Assembly (NCBI GenBank): GCA_902797505.1
Contig: CADBSW010000157.1
Coordinates: 10,253 to 74,252, forward strand
Length of the DNA: 64,000 nt
Direction: 5' to 3'
Source: an uncultured Prevotellaceae bacterium
GTDB taxonomy: Bacteria; Bacteroidota; Bacteroidia; Bacteroidales; Bacteroidaceae
Part shown: in pieces, positions 1-9,845 of the stretch
Position numbering within the stretch: position 1 is the first letter of the stretch
Layout: every line of letters starts with the position of its first letter
Translations under genes and position numbers: made by a program
The notes under the pieces: model-generated
What the model was told of the DNA's origin: nothing
Seen by the model: only the letters and a program-made list of their open reading frames with translations
The model's database searches: none

Positions 1-300
1 ACGGGCCAGTCCATTGCCCGATCCACAGGGAAGAATAGCCAAGGCAGTCTCAGAGTTGACAAGCGCGCGGGCTACCTCGTTGACCGTTCCGTCACCACCT
101 ACCGCCACCACAATATCTGTATGCAGCTCTCTCTCCTCCTTAGAGATCACCTCCGCATGACCGGCATATTCCGTCATGCGTATCTTATACTCAAACTTCT
201 CTTTGTCCAAGTATTTATCTATCAACAGAGGAACGGCAGTTTTCTTAGATGTTCCAGAGATAGGGTTGATAATAAAGGTGATAGTTTTCCGCATATTCAT
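1..300 (-). CDS. Diacylglycerol kinase family (YegS/BmrU-like) lipid kinase, N-terminal part; runs off the window start
   Basis: Not in the ORF track. Manual translation of the minus strand from ATG at 300 gives MNMRKTITFIINPISG...TEYAGHA...VVAVGGDGTVNEVARAL...ILPCGSGNGLAR, containing the NPxSG, GGDGT and PxGSGN DAGK motifs. Confidence 0.9.
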   Translation of the reverse strand, partial: MNMRKTITFIINPISGTSKKTAVPLLIDKYLDKEKFEYKIRMTEYAGHAEVISKEERELHTDIVVAVGGDGTVNEVARALVNSETALAILPCGSGNGLAR

Positions 301-304
301 TCTG

Positions 305-312
305 CAAAAATA
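305..312 (-). promoter_or_regulatory. Bacteroidota -7 promoter box (TATTTTTG) for the lipid kinase
   Basis: Matches TAnnTTTG and lies 4 nt upstream of the ATG at 300. Confidence 0.55.
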
Positions 313-407
313 ATAATATTAAGTCGAAAAAAGCACCTGTTATCTATAATAATTTACATAAACGAGATTTTTTCATTAAAAAATAAGTTTATTTGAACAT
401 TTTTTTA

Positions 408-415
408 TACCTTTG
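408..415 (+). promoter_or_regulatory. -7 promoter box (TACCTTTG) for SPT
   Basis: Matches TAnnTTTG, about 40 nt before the ATG. Confidence 0.6.
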
Positions 416-456
416 CATGCTGTAACAAATTTTGAATTAATATTACCTATTTAAAT

Positions 457-1644
457 ATGGGACTCTTACAAGAGAAATGCAAGCAATACCGTGAGCCACA
501 GAAATTCATGGCTGCTAATGTCTATCCTTATTTCAGGGAGATTACCGGAAAGCAGGGTACAGAAGTGGAGATGGGTGGCCACCATGTGCTGATGTTCGGA
601 TCAAATGCCTATACCGGGCTTACTGGCGATCCTCGTGTTGAAGCAGCGGCAAAGGCAGCAATTGACAAATATGGCACAGGATGTGCCGGCAGCCGTTTCC
701 TTAATGGTACATTGGATTTGCATGTACAGTTAGAGAAAGAGCTGGCCGCTTTTGAAGGAAAAGAAGAGGCTCTGGTGTTCTCTACAGGTTTTTCTGTCAA
801 TGCTGGTGTTCTTGCTGTTATTTGTGGTCGTGAGGATTATATCATCTGTGATGACCGTAATCATGCCAGTATCGTGGACGGCCGCCGTCTGTCGTTTGCC
901 ACCTGTCTGAAATACAAGCACAACGACATGGAGGATCTGGAAAAGCAGTTGCAGAAATGTCGTCCGGAATCCATTAAGATGATCGTTGTCGACGGTGTCT
1001 TCTCCATGGAGGGTGACCTGGCCAATCTGCCGGAGATCGTTCGCCTGAAGAAGAAATATAATGCCAGCATCTATGTGGATGAGGCTCATGGACTTGGTGT
1101 CTTCGGAAAAGAGGGCCGCGGCGTGTGCGACTACTTTGGCGTGACCGATGACGTGGATGTTATCATGGGTACTTTCTCCAAGAGTCTTGCCAGCATCGGT
1201 GGCTTTGTGGCAGCCGATTTTGATACGATCAATTATCTCCGTCATACCTGTCGCACTTACATCTTTAGTGCGTCGAATACCCCGGCAGCTACTGCCGCAG
1301 CTATGGAGGCTCTCCATATCATCCGTCAGGAGCCTGAGCGTATTGAGAAACTGTGGAAGGTTACCAACTATGCCCTGAAACGTTTCCGTGAGGAAGGCTT
1401 TGAGATTGGTGATACCCAGAGTCCGATCATTCCGCTGTATGTGCGCGATGTGGCTAAGACATTCCTGGTGACTAAGTTGTCTTTCGATGCAGGTGTGTTC
1501 ATCAACCCCGTTATCCCACCGGCTTGTGCACCCCAGGATACATTGGTGCGCTTCGCATTGATGGCTACCCATACAGAAGAGCAGGTAGAGCGCGGTGTTC
1601 AGGCGTTGAAGAAGATCTTCGTAGAGCAGGGTATTATCAAATAG
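457..1644 (+). CDS. spt: Serine palmitoyltransferase (alpha-oxoamine synthase family, PLP-dependent)
   Basis: Motifs GSNAY, GSRFLNGT, NHASIVDG, DGVFSMEGD, DEAH and GTFSKSLASIGG (PLP lysine). The N-terminus MGLLQEK...VYPYFR resembles Bacteroides SPT more than BioF or Kbl. Confidence 0.85.
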   Translation: MGLLQEKCKQYREPQKFMAANVYPYFREITGKQGTEVEMGGHHVLMFGSNAYTGLTGDPRVEAAAKAAIDKYGTGCAGSRFLNGTLDLHVQLEKELAAFEGKEEALVFSTGFSVNAGVLAVICGREDYIICDDRNHASIVDGRRLSFATCLKYKHNDMEDLEKQLQKCRPESIKMIVVDGVFSMEGDLANLPEIVRLKKKYNASIYVDEAHGLGVFGKEGRGVCDYFGVTDDVDVIMGTFSKSLASIGGFVAADFDTINYLRHTCRTYIFSASNTPAATAAAMEALHIIRQEPERIEKLWKVTNYALKRFREEGFEIGDTQSPIIPLYVRDVAKTFLVTKLSFDAGVFINPVIPPACAPQDTLVRFALMATHTEEQVERGVQALKKIFVEQGIIK

Positions 1645-1664
1645 AATTTTCGTTGATATCAAAT

Positions 1665-1701
1665 AAAGAGAGCAGCCTTTTGGGTTGCTCTCTTGTTTTT
1701 T
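1665..1701 (+). terminator. Intrinsic terminator after spt
   Basis: Stem AAGAGAGCAGCC / GGTTGCTCTCTT followed by a T-run. Confidence 0.8.
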
Positions 1702-1747
1702 CTGGCCCTTGCATTTGTGTGAATTGGCGCCAGGATTTGATGATTAC

Positions 1748-1773
1748 AAACAAGAGTCCGGAGGGTCCGGACT
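1748..1773 (-). terminator. Probable terminator after gdhA
   Basis: Perfect stem AGTCCGGA / TCCGGACT with a T-rich tail on the minus strand, just past the gdhA stop. Confidence 0.55.
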
Positions 1774-1789
1774 ATCGTCGTTGTATGTC

Positions 1790-3124
1790 TTATACGATAC
1801 CCTGGGCCATCATGGCTTTGGCTACCTTCAGGAAACCGGCCACGTTGGCACCCTTCACGTAGTTGATGTAACCATCCTTCTCTGTGCCGTACTTCACACA
1901 GTTGGCGTGGATATTGTTCATGATATCGTGCAACTTGGCATCTACCTCCTCACGACTCCAACTCAGGCGCTCAGAGTTCTGACTCATCTCCAGACCAGAC
2001 ACGGCAACACCACCGGCATTGGCAGCCTTACCCGGAGAATACAGGATCTTAGCATCCTGGAACACCTTGATTGCCTCTGGGGTGGTAGGCATGTTAGCAC
2101 CCTCGCTGACGGCGATCACACCGTTGGCAACAAGTGCCTTAGCTGCCTCCTCATCAATCTCATTCTGGGTGGCAGAGGGCAGGGCGATATCAGCCTTCTC
2201 CTTCCATGGCTTCTCACCAGCCACATATTTCACACCATATTCCTCAGCATACTCACGGATACGACCACGGTCTACATTCTTCAACTCCATGATGAAGTCG
2301 AGCTTCTCACGGTCGATGCCATCCGGATCATAGATATAACCGTCAGAGTCAGAACAGGTAACTACCTTGGCACCCAGTTCGATACACTTCTCGATAGTGT
2401 ACTGGGCCACATTACCTGAACCACTTACCAACACGGTTTTACCCTTGATGTCCAAGCCACGGGTCTTCAGCATGTTTACCAGAAAGTAGACATTACCATA
2501 ACCGGTTGCCTCTGGACGGATAAGAGAACCACCGAACTCCAGTCCTTTACCGGTGAGAACACCGCTCCACTGGTGGGTGAGCTTCTTGTACATACCGAAC
2601 ATATAGGCTACCTCGCGACCACCTACACCGATGTCACCTGCGGGAACATCCTCATCAGGACCGATATGACGATAGAGCTCCTGAATGAATGCCTGACAGA
2701 AACGCATTACCTCTGCACTGCTCTTGCCACGGGGAGAGAAGTCTGATCCTCCCTTGGCACCACCCATCGGAAGGGTAGTAAGTGAGTTCTTGAAAGTCTG
2801 CTCGAAAGCCAAGAACTTCAGAATACTCAGGTTTACGGTAGCATGGAAACGGATACCACCCTTGTACGGGCCAATCACGTTGTTATGTTGAATGCGGTAA
2901 CCCATATTGGTCTGTACTTTTCCTTTGTCGTCTACCCATGTGACGCGGAATTGCACCAGTCGATCAGGGATGCAGAGACGCTCAATGAGGTTCTGCTGAT
3001 CAAACTCAGGATGTTTGTTGTACTCTTCCTCAATAGTTCCTAATACCTGACTAACGGCCTGGATATACTCAGGCTCGTTTGGGAATCTCTGTTTCAGATT
3101 CTCCACAACACTTGCTGCATTCAT
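1790..3124 (-). CDS. gdhA: NAD(P)-specific glutamate dehydrogenase (444 aa from MNAAS)
   Basis: Motifs GPYKGGIRFH, GGAKGGSDF, DVPAGDIGVG, EATGYG and GSGNVA. The start was moved to the ATG at 3124, downstream of a -7 box. Confidence 0.95.
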   Translation of the reverse strand: MNAASVVENLKQRFPNEPEYIQAVSQVLGTIEEEYNKHPEFDQQNLIERLCIPDRLVQFRVTWVDDKGKVQTNMGYRIQHNNVIGPYKGGIRFHATVNLSILKFLAFEQTFKNSLTTLPMGGAKGGSDFSPRGKSSAEVMRFCQAFIQELYRHIGPDEDVPAGDIGVGGREVAYMFGMYKKLTHQWSGVLTGKGLEFGGSLIRPEATGYGNVYFLVNMLKTRGLDIKGKTVLVSGSGNVAQYTIEKCIELGAKVVTCSDSDGYIYDPDGIDREKLDFIMELKNVDRGRIREYAEEYGVKYVAGEKPWKEKADIALPSATQNEIDEEAAKALVANGVIAVSEGANMPTTPEAIKVFQDAKILYSPGKAANAGGVAVSGLEMSQNSERLSWSREEVDAKLHDIMNNIHANCVKYGTEKDGYINYVKGANVAGFLKVAKAMMAQGIV

Positions 3125-3175
3125 AATCTTGTGGTTTAAAAAACAATCTTTTACCTTTAAACTAATATCTGCTTG

Positions 3176-3206
3176 CAAAGTTATATAAAAATATTGTTTG
3201 CGCAAA
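3176..3206 (-). promoter_or_regulatory. gdhA promoter (-33 TTTG, 19-nt spacer, -7 TAACTTTG)
   Basis: Canonical Bacteroidota spacing. The -33 box lies inside a 16-bp palindrome. Confidence 0.7.
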
Positions 3207-3265
3207 CAAAATGAAAGATTTTTTTTAAATTATCTTTGAAAACGTTATCGTAGGTATGTTTCAGC

Positions 3266-3299
3266 AAAAAAAAGAGGATGTGTCCTGAACACATCCTCT
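3266..3299 (-). terminator. Intrinsic terminator after rpoD
   Basis: Stem AGAGGATGTGT / ACACATCCTCT with an 8-T tail on the minus strand. Confidence 0.85.
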
Positions 3300-3322
3300 A
3301 ATAATATATGGAATATATGTAA

Positions 3323-4195
3323 TTATCCGAGATACTTCATCAGGATCTTGGCATTACCACTCTCACGAAGTTTAGTAATACTCTTCTCACGAATCTGACG
3401 GACACGCTCACGGGTAAGACCGAGCTGATCACCGATCTCTTCCAGTCCTTTCTCCGGGCGCCCGATACCGAAGCACTCACAGATAATGATACGCTCCCGG
3501 TCTTTCAACACTTTATTAAGGACTGACTCTAACTCTTGAGCCATACTCTCGTGGTCTACCTGGCGGTCTGTACGACTGTCGTCACCACTGGGCATCACAT
3601 CGAGCATACAGTTGTCCTCACCATCCTGGAAGGGGGCGTCGATACTTACATGATGACCGTCGGCAGCAAGACTCTGTCCGATCTTCTCTTCGTCGATATT
3701 CGTAGCGGCACTCAACTCCGATACAGACGGATGGCGCTGATGCTCTTGCTCAAACTTATTAATCTCATGGTTGATCTTGCTCAGTGATCCCACCTGGTTA
3801 AGGGGCAGACGTACGATACGACTCTGCTCAGCAATTGCCTGGAGGATGCTCTGACGAATCCACCATACAGCATAGGAGATGAATTTGAAACCACGTGTCT
3901 CATCAAACTTCTGTGCTGCCTTGATTAATCCGATGTTACCTTCATCGATTAAGTCTGTCAGTGTCAGTCCTTGGTGTTGATATTGCTTGGCTACAGAAAC
4001 AACAAATCGCAGGTTGGCGGTAACCAACTTGTTCTTTGCGCGCTCTCCTTCCGGTCCTCCTTTCTTAATCTTTTGTGCCAGTTCAATCTCCTCATCAATA
4101 GAGATAAGTGGCGCGCGACCAATTTCTACCAGATACTTATCCAGTGCCTCACTAGACCGGTTAGTGATGCTTTTTTGTATTTTAAGTTGTCTCAT
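3323..4195 (-). CDS. rpoD: Primary RNA polymerase sigma factor, Bacteroidota short form lacking region 1.1
   Basis: MRQLKIxKSITNR start, NLRFVVSVAKQY, FDETRGFKFISYAVWWIRQ and TRERVRQI. Confidence 0.92.
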   Translation of the reverse strand: MRQLKIQKSITNRSSEALDKYLVEIGRAPLISIDEEIELAQKIKKGGPEGERAKNKLVTANLRFVVSVAKQYQHQGLTLTDLIDEGNIGLIKAAQKFDETRGFKFISYAVWWIRQSILQAIAEQSRIVRLPLNQVGSLSKINHEINKFEQEHQRHPSVSELSAATNIDEEKIGQSLAADGHHVSIDAPFQDGEDNCMLDVMPSGDDSRTDRQVDHESMAQELESVLNKVLKDRERIIICECFGIGRPEKGLEEIGDQLGLTRERVRQIREKSITKLRESGNAKILMKYLG

Positions 4196-4362
4196 ATTAA
4201 ACCCTAAAACTATCTAATCGCCTGATTTTCAATAATATAATTTAATTTTAGTACTAAAAGCGTTGCAAAGGTATAAAAAATATCAATAGGTTGTACTCCT
4301 AAAGTTGTTAATTTAATTTAAAATCAGTGTTTTATCTTATTATTCTGGTAAAAAGGGAATAA

Positions 4363-4869
4363 TTATGGTATAGAACAGAAAAATGCCTGATATTCATCTT
4401 CAAAGTAGGGTGTAAACACATTTTTATGATAATTATCCATGATCTCTTCATGTGACCAATAGCGCCCACCGGCTAATTCATCAGGGTTGGGGGATGGAGT
4501 CCCTTCATAGATAGTTTTGTATACATACACCAGTTCTCGCTCACGTTTTCCTTCAAAGATATACTTACCTAAGAACACAGGTGTAAAATGTTTGATACCC
4601 AATTCTTCATACACTTCCCGGTAAAGTGCTTCTTCAACCGTCTCACCATAGTCTACATGCCCTCCTGTGGCAGTATCCCAACGGTTGGGCTGAATGTCTT
4701 TCCAGGCAGGTCGTTGCTGAAGAAATAGTTCTCCTTGCGGATTAAAGACATGCAGGTGGACTACAGGATGTAGAATCTTTGTGCCGTCGTGTGCCTGTCC
4801 TCTAAGGATACTTCCTATCACTGTTCCTTCTTCATCGACAACGGGGAAGCGCTCTTGTTGATTATCCAT
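4363..4869 (-). CDS. NUDIX hydrolase (IDI-like/YfcD-like)
   Basis: Nudix box GGHVDYGETVEEALYREVYEELGI and HPVVHLHVFN...LQQR. Confidence 0.85.
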   Translation of the reverse strand: MDNQQERFPVVDEEGTVIGSILRGQAHDGTKILHPVVHLHVFNPQGELFLQQRPAWKDIQPNRWDTATGGHVDYGETVEEALYREVYEELGIKHFTPVFLGKYIFEGKRERELVYVYKTIYEGTPSPNPDELAGGRYWSHEEIMDNYHKNVFTPYFEDEYQAFFCSIP

Positions 4870-4902
4870 GATTCAATTTCTTTATCTTGTTATCTCGACA
4901 TG

Positions 4903-5709
4903 TCATGATCTCGAACAAAAATAAAAGCAATCCTTCCACGCATCGATAATTTCCGGTTTCTCCTTAAAGAATCCAAAAAGAGAACTGCCACTTCCCGACA
5001 TGGCGGCGTAGAGAGCTCCTTGCTGATAGAGTTGTTGTTTGATCTCTTTCAGACGAGGGTATTGTGGAAATATGCTTTCTTCGAAATCATTCGTCAGTTG
5101 TTCACGCCATGTCCGGATATCCTGTTTGACGATATCCTTGCACTTAATGCCTGTATGGTGTGGGGTGATATGTGCGAAAGCCTCTCGAGTGGAGACAGCC
5201 ACGGGCGGTTTGATGATGAGCAGATGATATTGGCTCAGGTCTAAGGATAAGGGTGAAAGTATCTCTCCGATTCCTTCAGCATAAGCAGGCGTGTCGGTAA
5301 TAAAGAAAGGACAGTCGGCTCCCAGTGATGCCGCTTTCATTCTGAGTTCCTTATCAGAAATTCCTAACTGAAACATTTTGTTGAGCAGTCGGAGCATGAA
5401 GGCACCGTCAGATGATCCACCTCCTAATCCTGCCTGACTGGGAATAGCTTTATTTAGACGGATGCTTACTGGGGGAATGTCATAATCCTTTTTTAATAAC
5501 TGCCATGCACGTACCACCAGGTTTTGGTTGGGATCACCTTCCAATGCAACGCCAGAGAGATGAAGATTCAGTTGATCACTGGGCTCTACCTCCAGCGTGT
5601 CATGGATATTGATAGGGTAGAAGACGGTTTCCAGATTATGGTAGCCGTCTGGACGTTTCTCAACGATATTCAGTCCGAGATTGATCTTTGCTCGTGGATG
5701 TATTATCAT
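4903..5709 (-). CDS. ispE: 4-diphosphocytidyl-2-C-methyl-D-erythritol kinase
   Basis: Motifs AKINLGL, RPDGYHNLET, IPSQAGLGGGSSD, GADCPFF and MSGSGS. Confidence 0.95.
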   Translation of the reverse strand: MIIHPRAKINLGLNIVEKRPDGYHNLETVFYPINIHDTLEVEPSDQLNLHLSGVALEGDPNQNLVVRAWQLLKKDYDIPPVSIRLNKAIPSQAGLGGGSSDGAFMLRLLNKMFQLGISDKELRMKAASLGADCPFFITDTPAYAEGIGEILSPLSLDLSQYHLLIIKPPVAVSTREAFAHITPHHTGIKCKDIVKQDIRTWREQLTNDFEESIFPQYPRLKEIKQQLYQQGALYAAMSGSGSSLFGFFKEKPEIIDAWKDCFYFCSRS

Positions 5710-5732
5710 ATTTTAATTCTCAAAAAGTATTG

Positions 5733-5760
5733 CAAAGATAAATAGTTTTTTGTACATTTG
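5733..5760. promoter_or_regulatory. Overlapping divergent promoters for ispE (minus, TATCTTTG 5733-5740) and dnaB (plus, TACATTTG 5753-5760)
   Basis: Two TAnnTTTG boxes back to back, 12 nt apart, in a 70-bp intergenic region. Confidence 0.65.
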
Positions 5761-5779
5761 CAACCAAATTTTTGAATTT

Positions 5780-7279
5780 ATGCCTGAAAGAAGAAATAAT
5801 ACCCCCATTGATACTACTTATGGTCATCTGCAGCCACAGGCTACAGATATAGAGCGAGCAGTATTAGGCGCTTTGATGATTGATAAAGATGCGTTCTCTG
5901 TGGTGAGCGAGATCATTTGTTCGGAGACATTCTATGAACCGCGTAATCAGAAGATTTACCATGCCGTACAGTCGTTGAACATGGCTGACATGCCGGTAGA
6001 TATAATGACCGTGGTGGAGCAGTTGAAGAAAGAAGGAACACTCGAGGAGGTGGGTGGACCGGCTTATATCGTTGACCTTACCTCGCATGTGGCATCATCG
6101 GCACATATAGAGTATCATGCACGTATTCTTGCCCAGAAATACATCGCGCGCCAATTGATATCCTATGCCAGCAATATTGAGACGAAAGCCTTTGATGAGA
6201 CGGTTGATGTGGATGAGCTCCTGCAGGAAGCAGAGGGCTCACTCTTCGAACTCTCTCAGACCAATATGAAGAAAGACTATACGCAGATTGACCCGGTAGT
6301 TGAGCAGGCGGTAAAAATCTTACAGAAAGCATCCGCGCAGAAGGGTGGTCTGACAGGTATTCCTACAGGTTATACAAAACTGGATGAAATGACAGCTGGT
6401 TGGCAGAACAGCGACCTGGTGATTATTGCCGGTCGTCCAGCCATGGGTAAGACAGCGTTTGCCTTGTCGTTGGCAAAGAATATTGCCGTTGACTATCAGG
6501 TGCCTGTTGCTTTCTTCTCTTTGGAAATGAGTAATGTGCAGTTGGTGAATCGATTGATTTCCAATGTCTGTGAACTTGAAGGTAGCAAGATCCTCAATGC
6601 TAATCTGGATGATGAAGAGTGGCAGCGTCTGGATCGTAATATCCGCAAGCTGCAGGGAGCACCTATTTATATAGATGACACTCCAGGCATGAGTATTTTC
6701 GAACTGCGCTCTAAGGCCCGTCGACTGGTGCGTGAGAAGAATGTCAAGATACTGATGATCGACTATTTGCAGTTGATGAACGCCAATGGCGCCCGCTTCG
6801 GCAGTCGTCAGGAAGAGGTGTCTACGATCAGTAGGTCACTGAAAGGATTGGCTAAGGAGTTGGATATTCCTGTTCTCGCACTCTCACAGTTGAATCGTAC
6901 AGTGGAGACACGTGATGCCTCACCAGCTAGTAAAATTCCACAGTTGAGCGACCTTCGTGAGTCGGGTGCTATCGAGCAGGATGCCGATATGGTACTCTTT
7001 GTGCACCGTCCGGAATACTACCGTATTTATCAGGATGATAAGGGAAACGATCTTCGTGGTATGGCACAGATTGTTATTGCCAAGCATCGTAAAGGAGCTA
7101 CTGGTGATGTCATGCTGAACTTCCGTGGAGAGTTTACCCGTTTTGAGAATCCTGAGGATGCTCATTTCAACAGACCATTTAATGAAAACGGTATTATCGG
7201 CTCCAAGATGAACGGAGATGATAATACCGTAGATGATTTTGCCTTCCCGCCACCAGATAATATGGGGCCGGCATTCTGA
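5780..7279 (+). CDS. dnaB: Replicative DNA helicase (no intein)
   Basis: Walker A GRPAMGKT, FSLEMS, IDYLQLM, LSQLNR and DLRESGAIEQDAD. ATG start at 5780. Confidence 0.97.
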   Translation: MPERRNNTPIDTTYGHLQPQATDIERAVLGALMIDKDAFSVVSEIICSETFYEPRNQKIYHAVQSLNMADMPVDIMTVVEQLKKEGTLEEVGGPAYIVDLTSHVASSAHIEYHARILAQKYIARQLISYASNIETKAFDETVDVDELLQEAEGSLFELSQTNMKKDYTQIDPVVEQAVKILQKASAQKGGLTGIPTGYTKLDEMTAGWQNSDLVIIAGRPAMGKTAFALSLAKNIAVDYQVPVAFFSLEMSNVQLVNRLISNVCELEGSKILNANLDDEEWQRLDRNIRKLQGAPIYIDDTPGMSIFELRSKARRLVREKNVKILMIDYLQLMNANGARFGSRQEEVSTISRSLKGLAKELDIPVLALSQLNRTVETRDASPASKIPQLSDLRESGAIEQDADMVLFVHRPEYYRIYQDDKGNDLRGMAQIVIAKHRKGATGDVMLNFRGEFTRFENPEDAHFNRPFNENGIIGSKMNGDDNTVDDFAFPPPDNMGPAF

Positions 7280-7291
7280 TGACTCTTTTTA

Positions 7292-7726
7292 TCAGTCTGG
7301 CGTCGCGATGACACGAGGTTTGCTTGGGGTGACTTTCTCGTCGCCGGTTACCATATTACCGGTAATATAGAGACGAGTCATCTCAGTCTTGCCATTCGTT
7401 CTTACAGTGATGGTCTTCTTAAAACTGCCGGGGAACTTACCCTTGCCGTTGTATGTCACATCGATCTTTCCACTCTGACCAGGAGCCACAGGCTCTTTGG
7501 TATAGGTGGGAACAGTGCATCCGCAACTGGCAACAGCTTGGTTGATAACCAATGGCGCATTACCTACATTCTTGAATGTGAAGGTGCATTTCTGTACACC
7601 GTCGTTCTCGTGGAATTTGCCAAGATCGACTTTCACTACATCGAACTTAATCTCTGCCTGCTTCTGTGCATGAGCCATCATAAAAGAGCCGCACAGCATC
7701 ACCATTATAAATAGAATTTTTTTCAT
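7292..7726 (-). CDS. DUF1573-type exported Ig-like protein
   Basis: Signal peptide and FTFKNVGNAPLVI...ASCGCTVP...PVAPGQSGKIDVTY. Confidence 0.8.
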   Translation of the reverse strand: MKKILFIMVMLCGSFMMAHAQKQAEIKFDVVKVDLGKFHENDGVQKCTFTFKNVGNAPLVINQAVASCGCTVPTYTKEPVAPGQSGKIDVTYNGKGKFPGSFKKTITVRTNGKTEMTRLYITGNMVTGDEKVTPSKPRVIATPD

Positions 7727-7933
7727 ATTTATAGCTTTTTAAATGATTTCATTTTATCATAAGACGCACAAAAGTAAACATTTTATTAACAGAGAAATGC
7801 AAAGATGAGCGATAATTATTAAATATTAACGGTTGATAACTGTTTTGAAATAACTGTTTCATTAAAAAACTACATCTAAATTATTTGTCATATCATAGTT
7901 TTGTTGTAATTTTGCAGAAAATTTTTCAAAACG

Positions 7934-9697
7934 ATGTATAGAACTAAGACTTGTGGCGAATTACGCCTTCAAGATGCCGGCACCGTCGTTACATTGGCCG
8001 GCTGGGTACAGAGAACGAGAAAGATGGGTGGAATGACGTTTGTGGATATCCGCGACCGCTATGGTATCACCCAGATTGTTTTCGATGAATCAAAAGATGA
8101 AGACTTGTGTGCAAAAGCGAACAAGCTCGGTAGAGAATACTGCGTGCAGGTGATTGGCGAGGTGAACGAGCGTCAGAGCAAGAACCCCAAGATGCCTACC
8201 GGTGATATCGAGATTATTGCTCAGACACTGAACATCCTTAGTGAGAGTATCACACCACCGTTTACTATAGAGGATAATACCGATGGCGGTGATGATATCC
8301 GAATGAAATACCGTTATCTCGATTTGCGTCGCGCTGCCGTTAGAAAGAATCTTGAGTTGCGCCACAGAATGACGATCCTGATACGTAACTTCCTTGACTC
8401 GAAAGATTTTATCGAGGTGGAGACACCTATATTAATAGGTAGTACGCCAGAGGGTGCACGCGACTTCGTTGTTCCTTCACGTATGAACCCTGGACAGTTC
8501 TATGCACTGCCACAGAGTCCACAGACATTGAAACAGTTGTTGATGGTCAGTGGTTTCGACCGCTATTTCCAGATTGCTAAGTGTTTCCGTGATGAAGACC
8601 TGCGTGCTGACCGTCAACCGGAGTTTACTCAGATAGACTGTGAGATGTCATTCGTAGAGCAGGATGATGTCATCGATCTGTTCGAGGATATGGCTCGTCA
8701 CCTCTTCAAAGAGATACGTGGTATCGATCTTCCTGCGAAACTGCAGCAGATGACATGGCATGATGCGATGCGTCTGTATGGTTCAGACAAACCAGATATC
8801 CGTTTCGGTATGGAGTTCGTAGAGTTGATGGATGTGCTGAAAGGTACGGGTACGCTCAGTGTCTTCGACAATGCTAATTACATCGGTGGTATCTGTGTAC
8901 CGGGATGTGCTGACTATACCCGTAAGCAACTTGACCAACTGACTGACTTCGTAAAGAGTCAGCAAGTGGGAGCCAAGGGCTTGGTATATGTGAAGTATAA
9001 TACCGATGGCACTGTGAAGAGCAGTATCGATAAGTTCTATTCGCCAGAGGTTTGGGCTGCGCTGAAAGAAAAGGCTGGAGCCAAGGATGGCGACCTGGTA
9101 TTAATACTGAGTGGTGATAATGCCAATAAGACACGTGTACAGTTGTCAGCATTACGTCTGGAGATGGGTGACCGCCTCGGACTGCGTGATAAGAATACTT
9201 TCAAGTGCTTGTGGATTATCGACTTCCCATTGTTTGAGTGGAGTGATGAGGAGCAGCGCCTGATGGCTACCCACCATCCATTTACCATGCCAAATCCTGA
9301 TGATATCCCACTGCTTGACAGTCATCCCGAGAAGGTACGTGCCAAGGCATACGACTTTGTTTGCAACGGTGTAGAGTTGGGTGGTGGTAGCTTACGTATC
9401 CACGATGGTAAGCTGCAGGCAAAGATGTTTGATATCTTAGGATTCACCCCTGAACGTGCCATGGCTCAGTTCGGATTCCTGATCAATGCTTTCAAATACG
9501 GAGCACCTCCTCATGCAGGACTCGCTTTCGGATTGGATCGATTTGTCAGTATTATGGCTGGTCTTGACAGTATTCGCGACTGTATCGCATTCCCGAAGAA
9601 CAACAATGGTCGTGACGTGATGCTCGATGCACCGGGAGAACTGGATCCCAAACAGTTGGAAGAATTACAATTAAAGCTGAATCTCAAAGAAGAATAA
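7934..9697 (+). CDS. aspS: Aspartate--tRNA ligase
   Basis: Motifs MYRTxTCGEL, [32 protein letters not shown] and [14 protein letters not shown]. Confidence 0.98.
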   Translation: MYRTKTCGELRLQDAGTVVTLAGWVQRTRKMGGMTFVDIRDRYGITQIVFDESKDEDLCAKANKLGREYCVQVIGEVNERQSKNPKMPTGDIEIIAQTLNILSESITPPFTIEDNTDGGDDIRMKYRYLDLRRAAVRKNLELRHRMTILIRNFLDSKDFIEVETPILIGSTPEGARDFVVPSRMNPGQFYALPQSPQTLKQLLMVSGFDRYFQIAKCFRDEDLRADRQPEFTQIDCEMSFVEQDDVIDLFEDMARHLFKEIRGIDLPAKLQQMTWHDAMRLYGSDKPDIRFGMEFVELMDVLKGTGTLSVFDNANYIGGICVPGCADYTRKQLDQLTDFVKSQQVGAKGLVYVKYNTDGTVKSSIDKFYSPEVWAALKEKAGAKDGDLVLILSGDNANKTRVQLSALRLEMGDRLGLRDKNTFKCLWIIDFPLFEWSDEEQRLMATHHPFTMPNPDDIPLLDSHPEKVRAKAYDFVCNGVELGGGSLRIHDGKLQAKMFDILGFTPERAMAQFGFLINAFKYGAPPHAGLAFGLDRFVSIMAGLDSIRDCIAFPKNNNGRDVMLDAPGELDPKQLEELQLKLNLKEE

Positions 9698-9845
9698 GTG
9701 ATTGTAGTTGATTTATGTCAATAAATCTTGAATATAAATAAGATTTCATAAATAATAGTAACTACTGAATATAAAGAATTATTACTTTTGCGCATCCTTA
9801 ATAAAAGGGAAACAAAAGATTCAATCAGGATTTATTATTATTAAA

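Noticed and set aside
121-396. 91-aa plus-strand ORF in the track
   Set aside because: The real gene is the minus-strand DAGK-family kinase, which has clear motifs.
730-2419. Long antisense ORFs over spt (730-1662) and gdhA (1685-2419)
   Set aside because: They overlap well-supported genes on the opposite strand and are explained by codon bias.
5780-7279. Possible intein in DnaB
   Set aside because: The length is normal, the motifs are contiguous and there are no intein splice-junction blocks.
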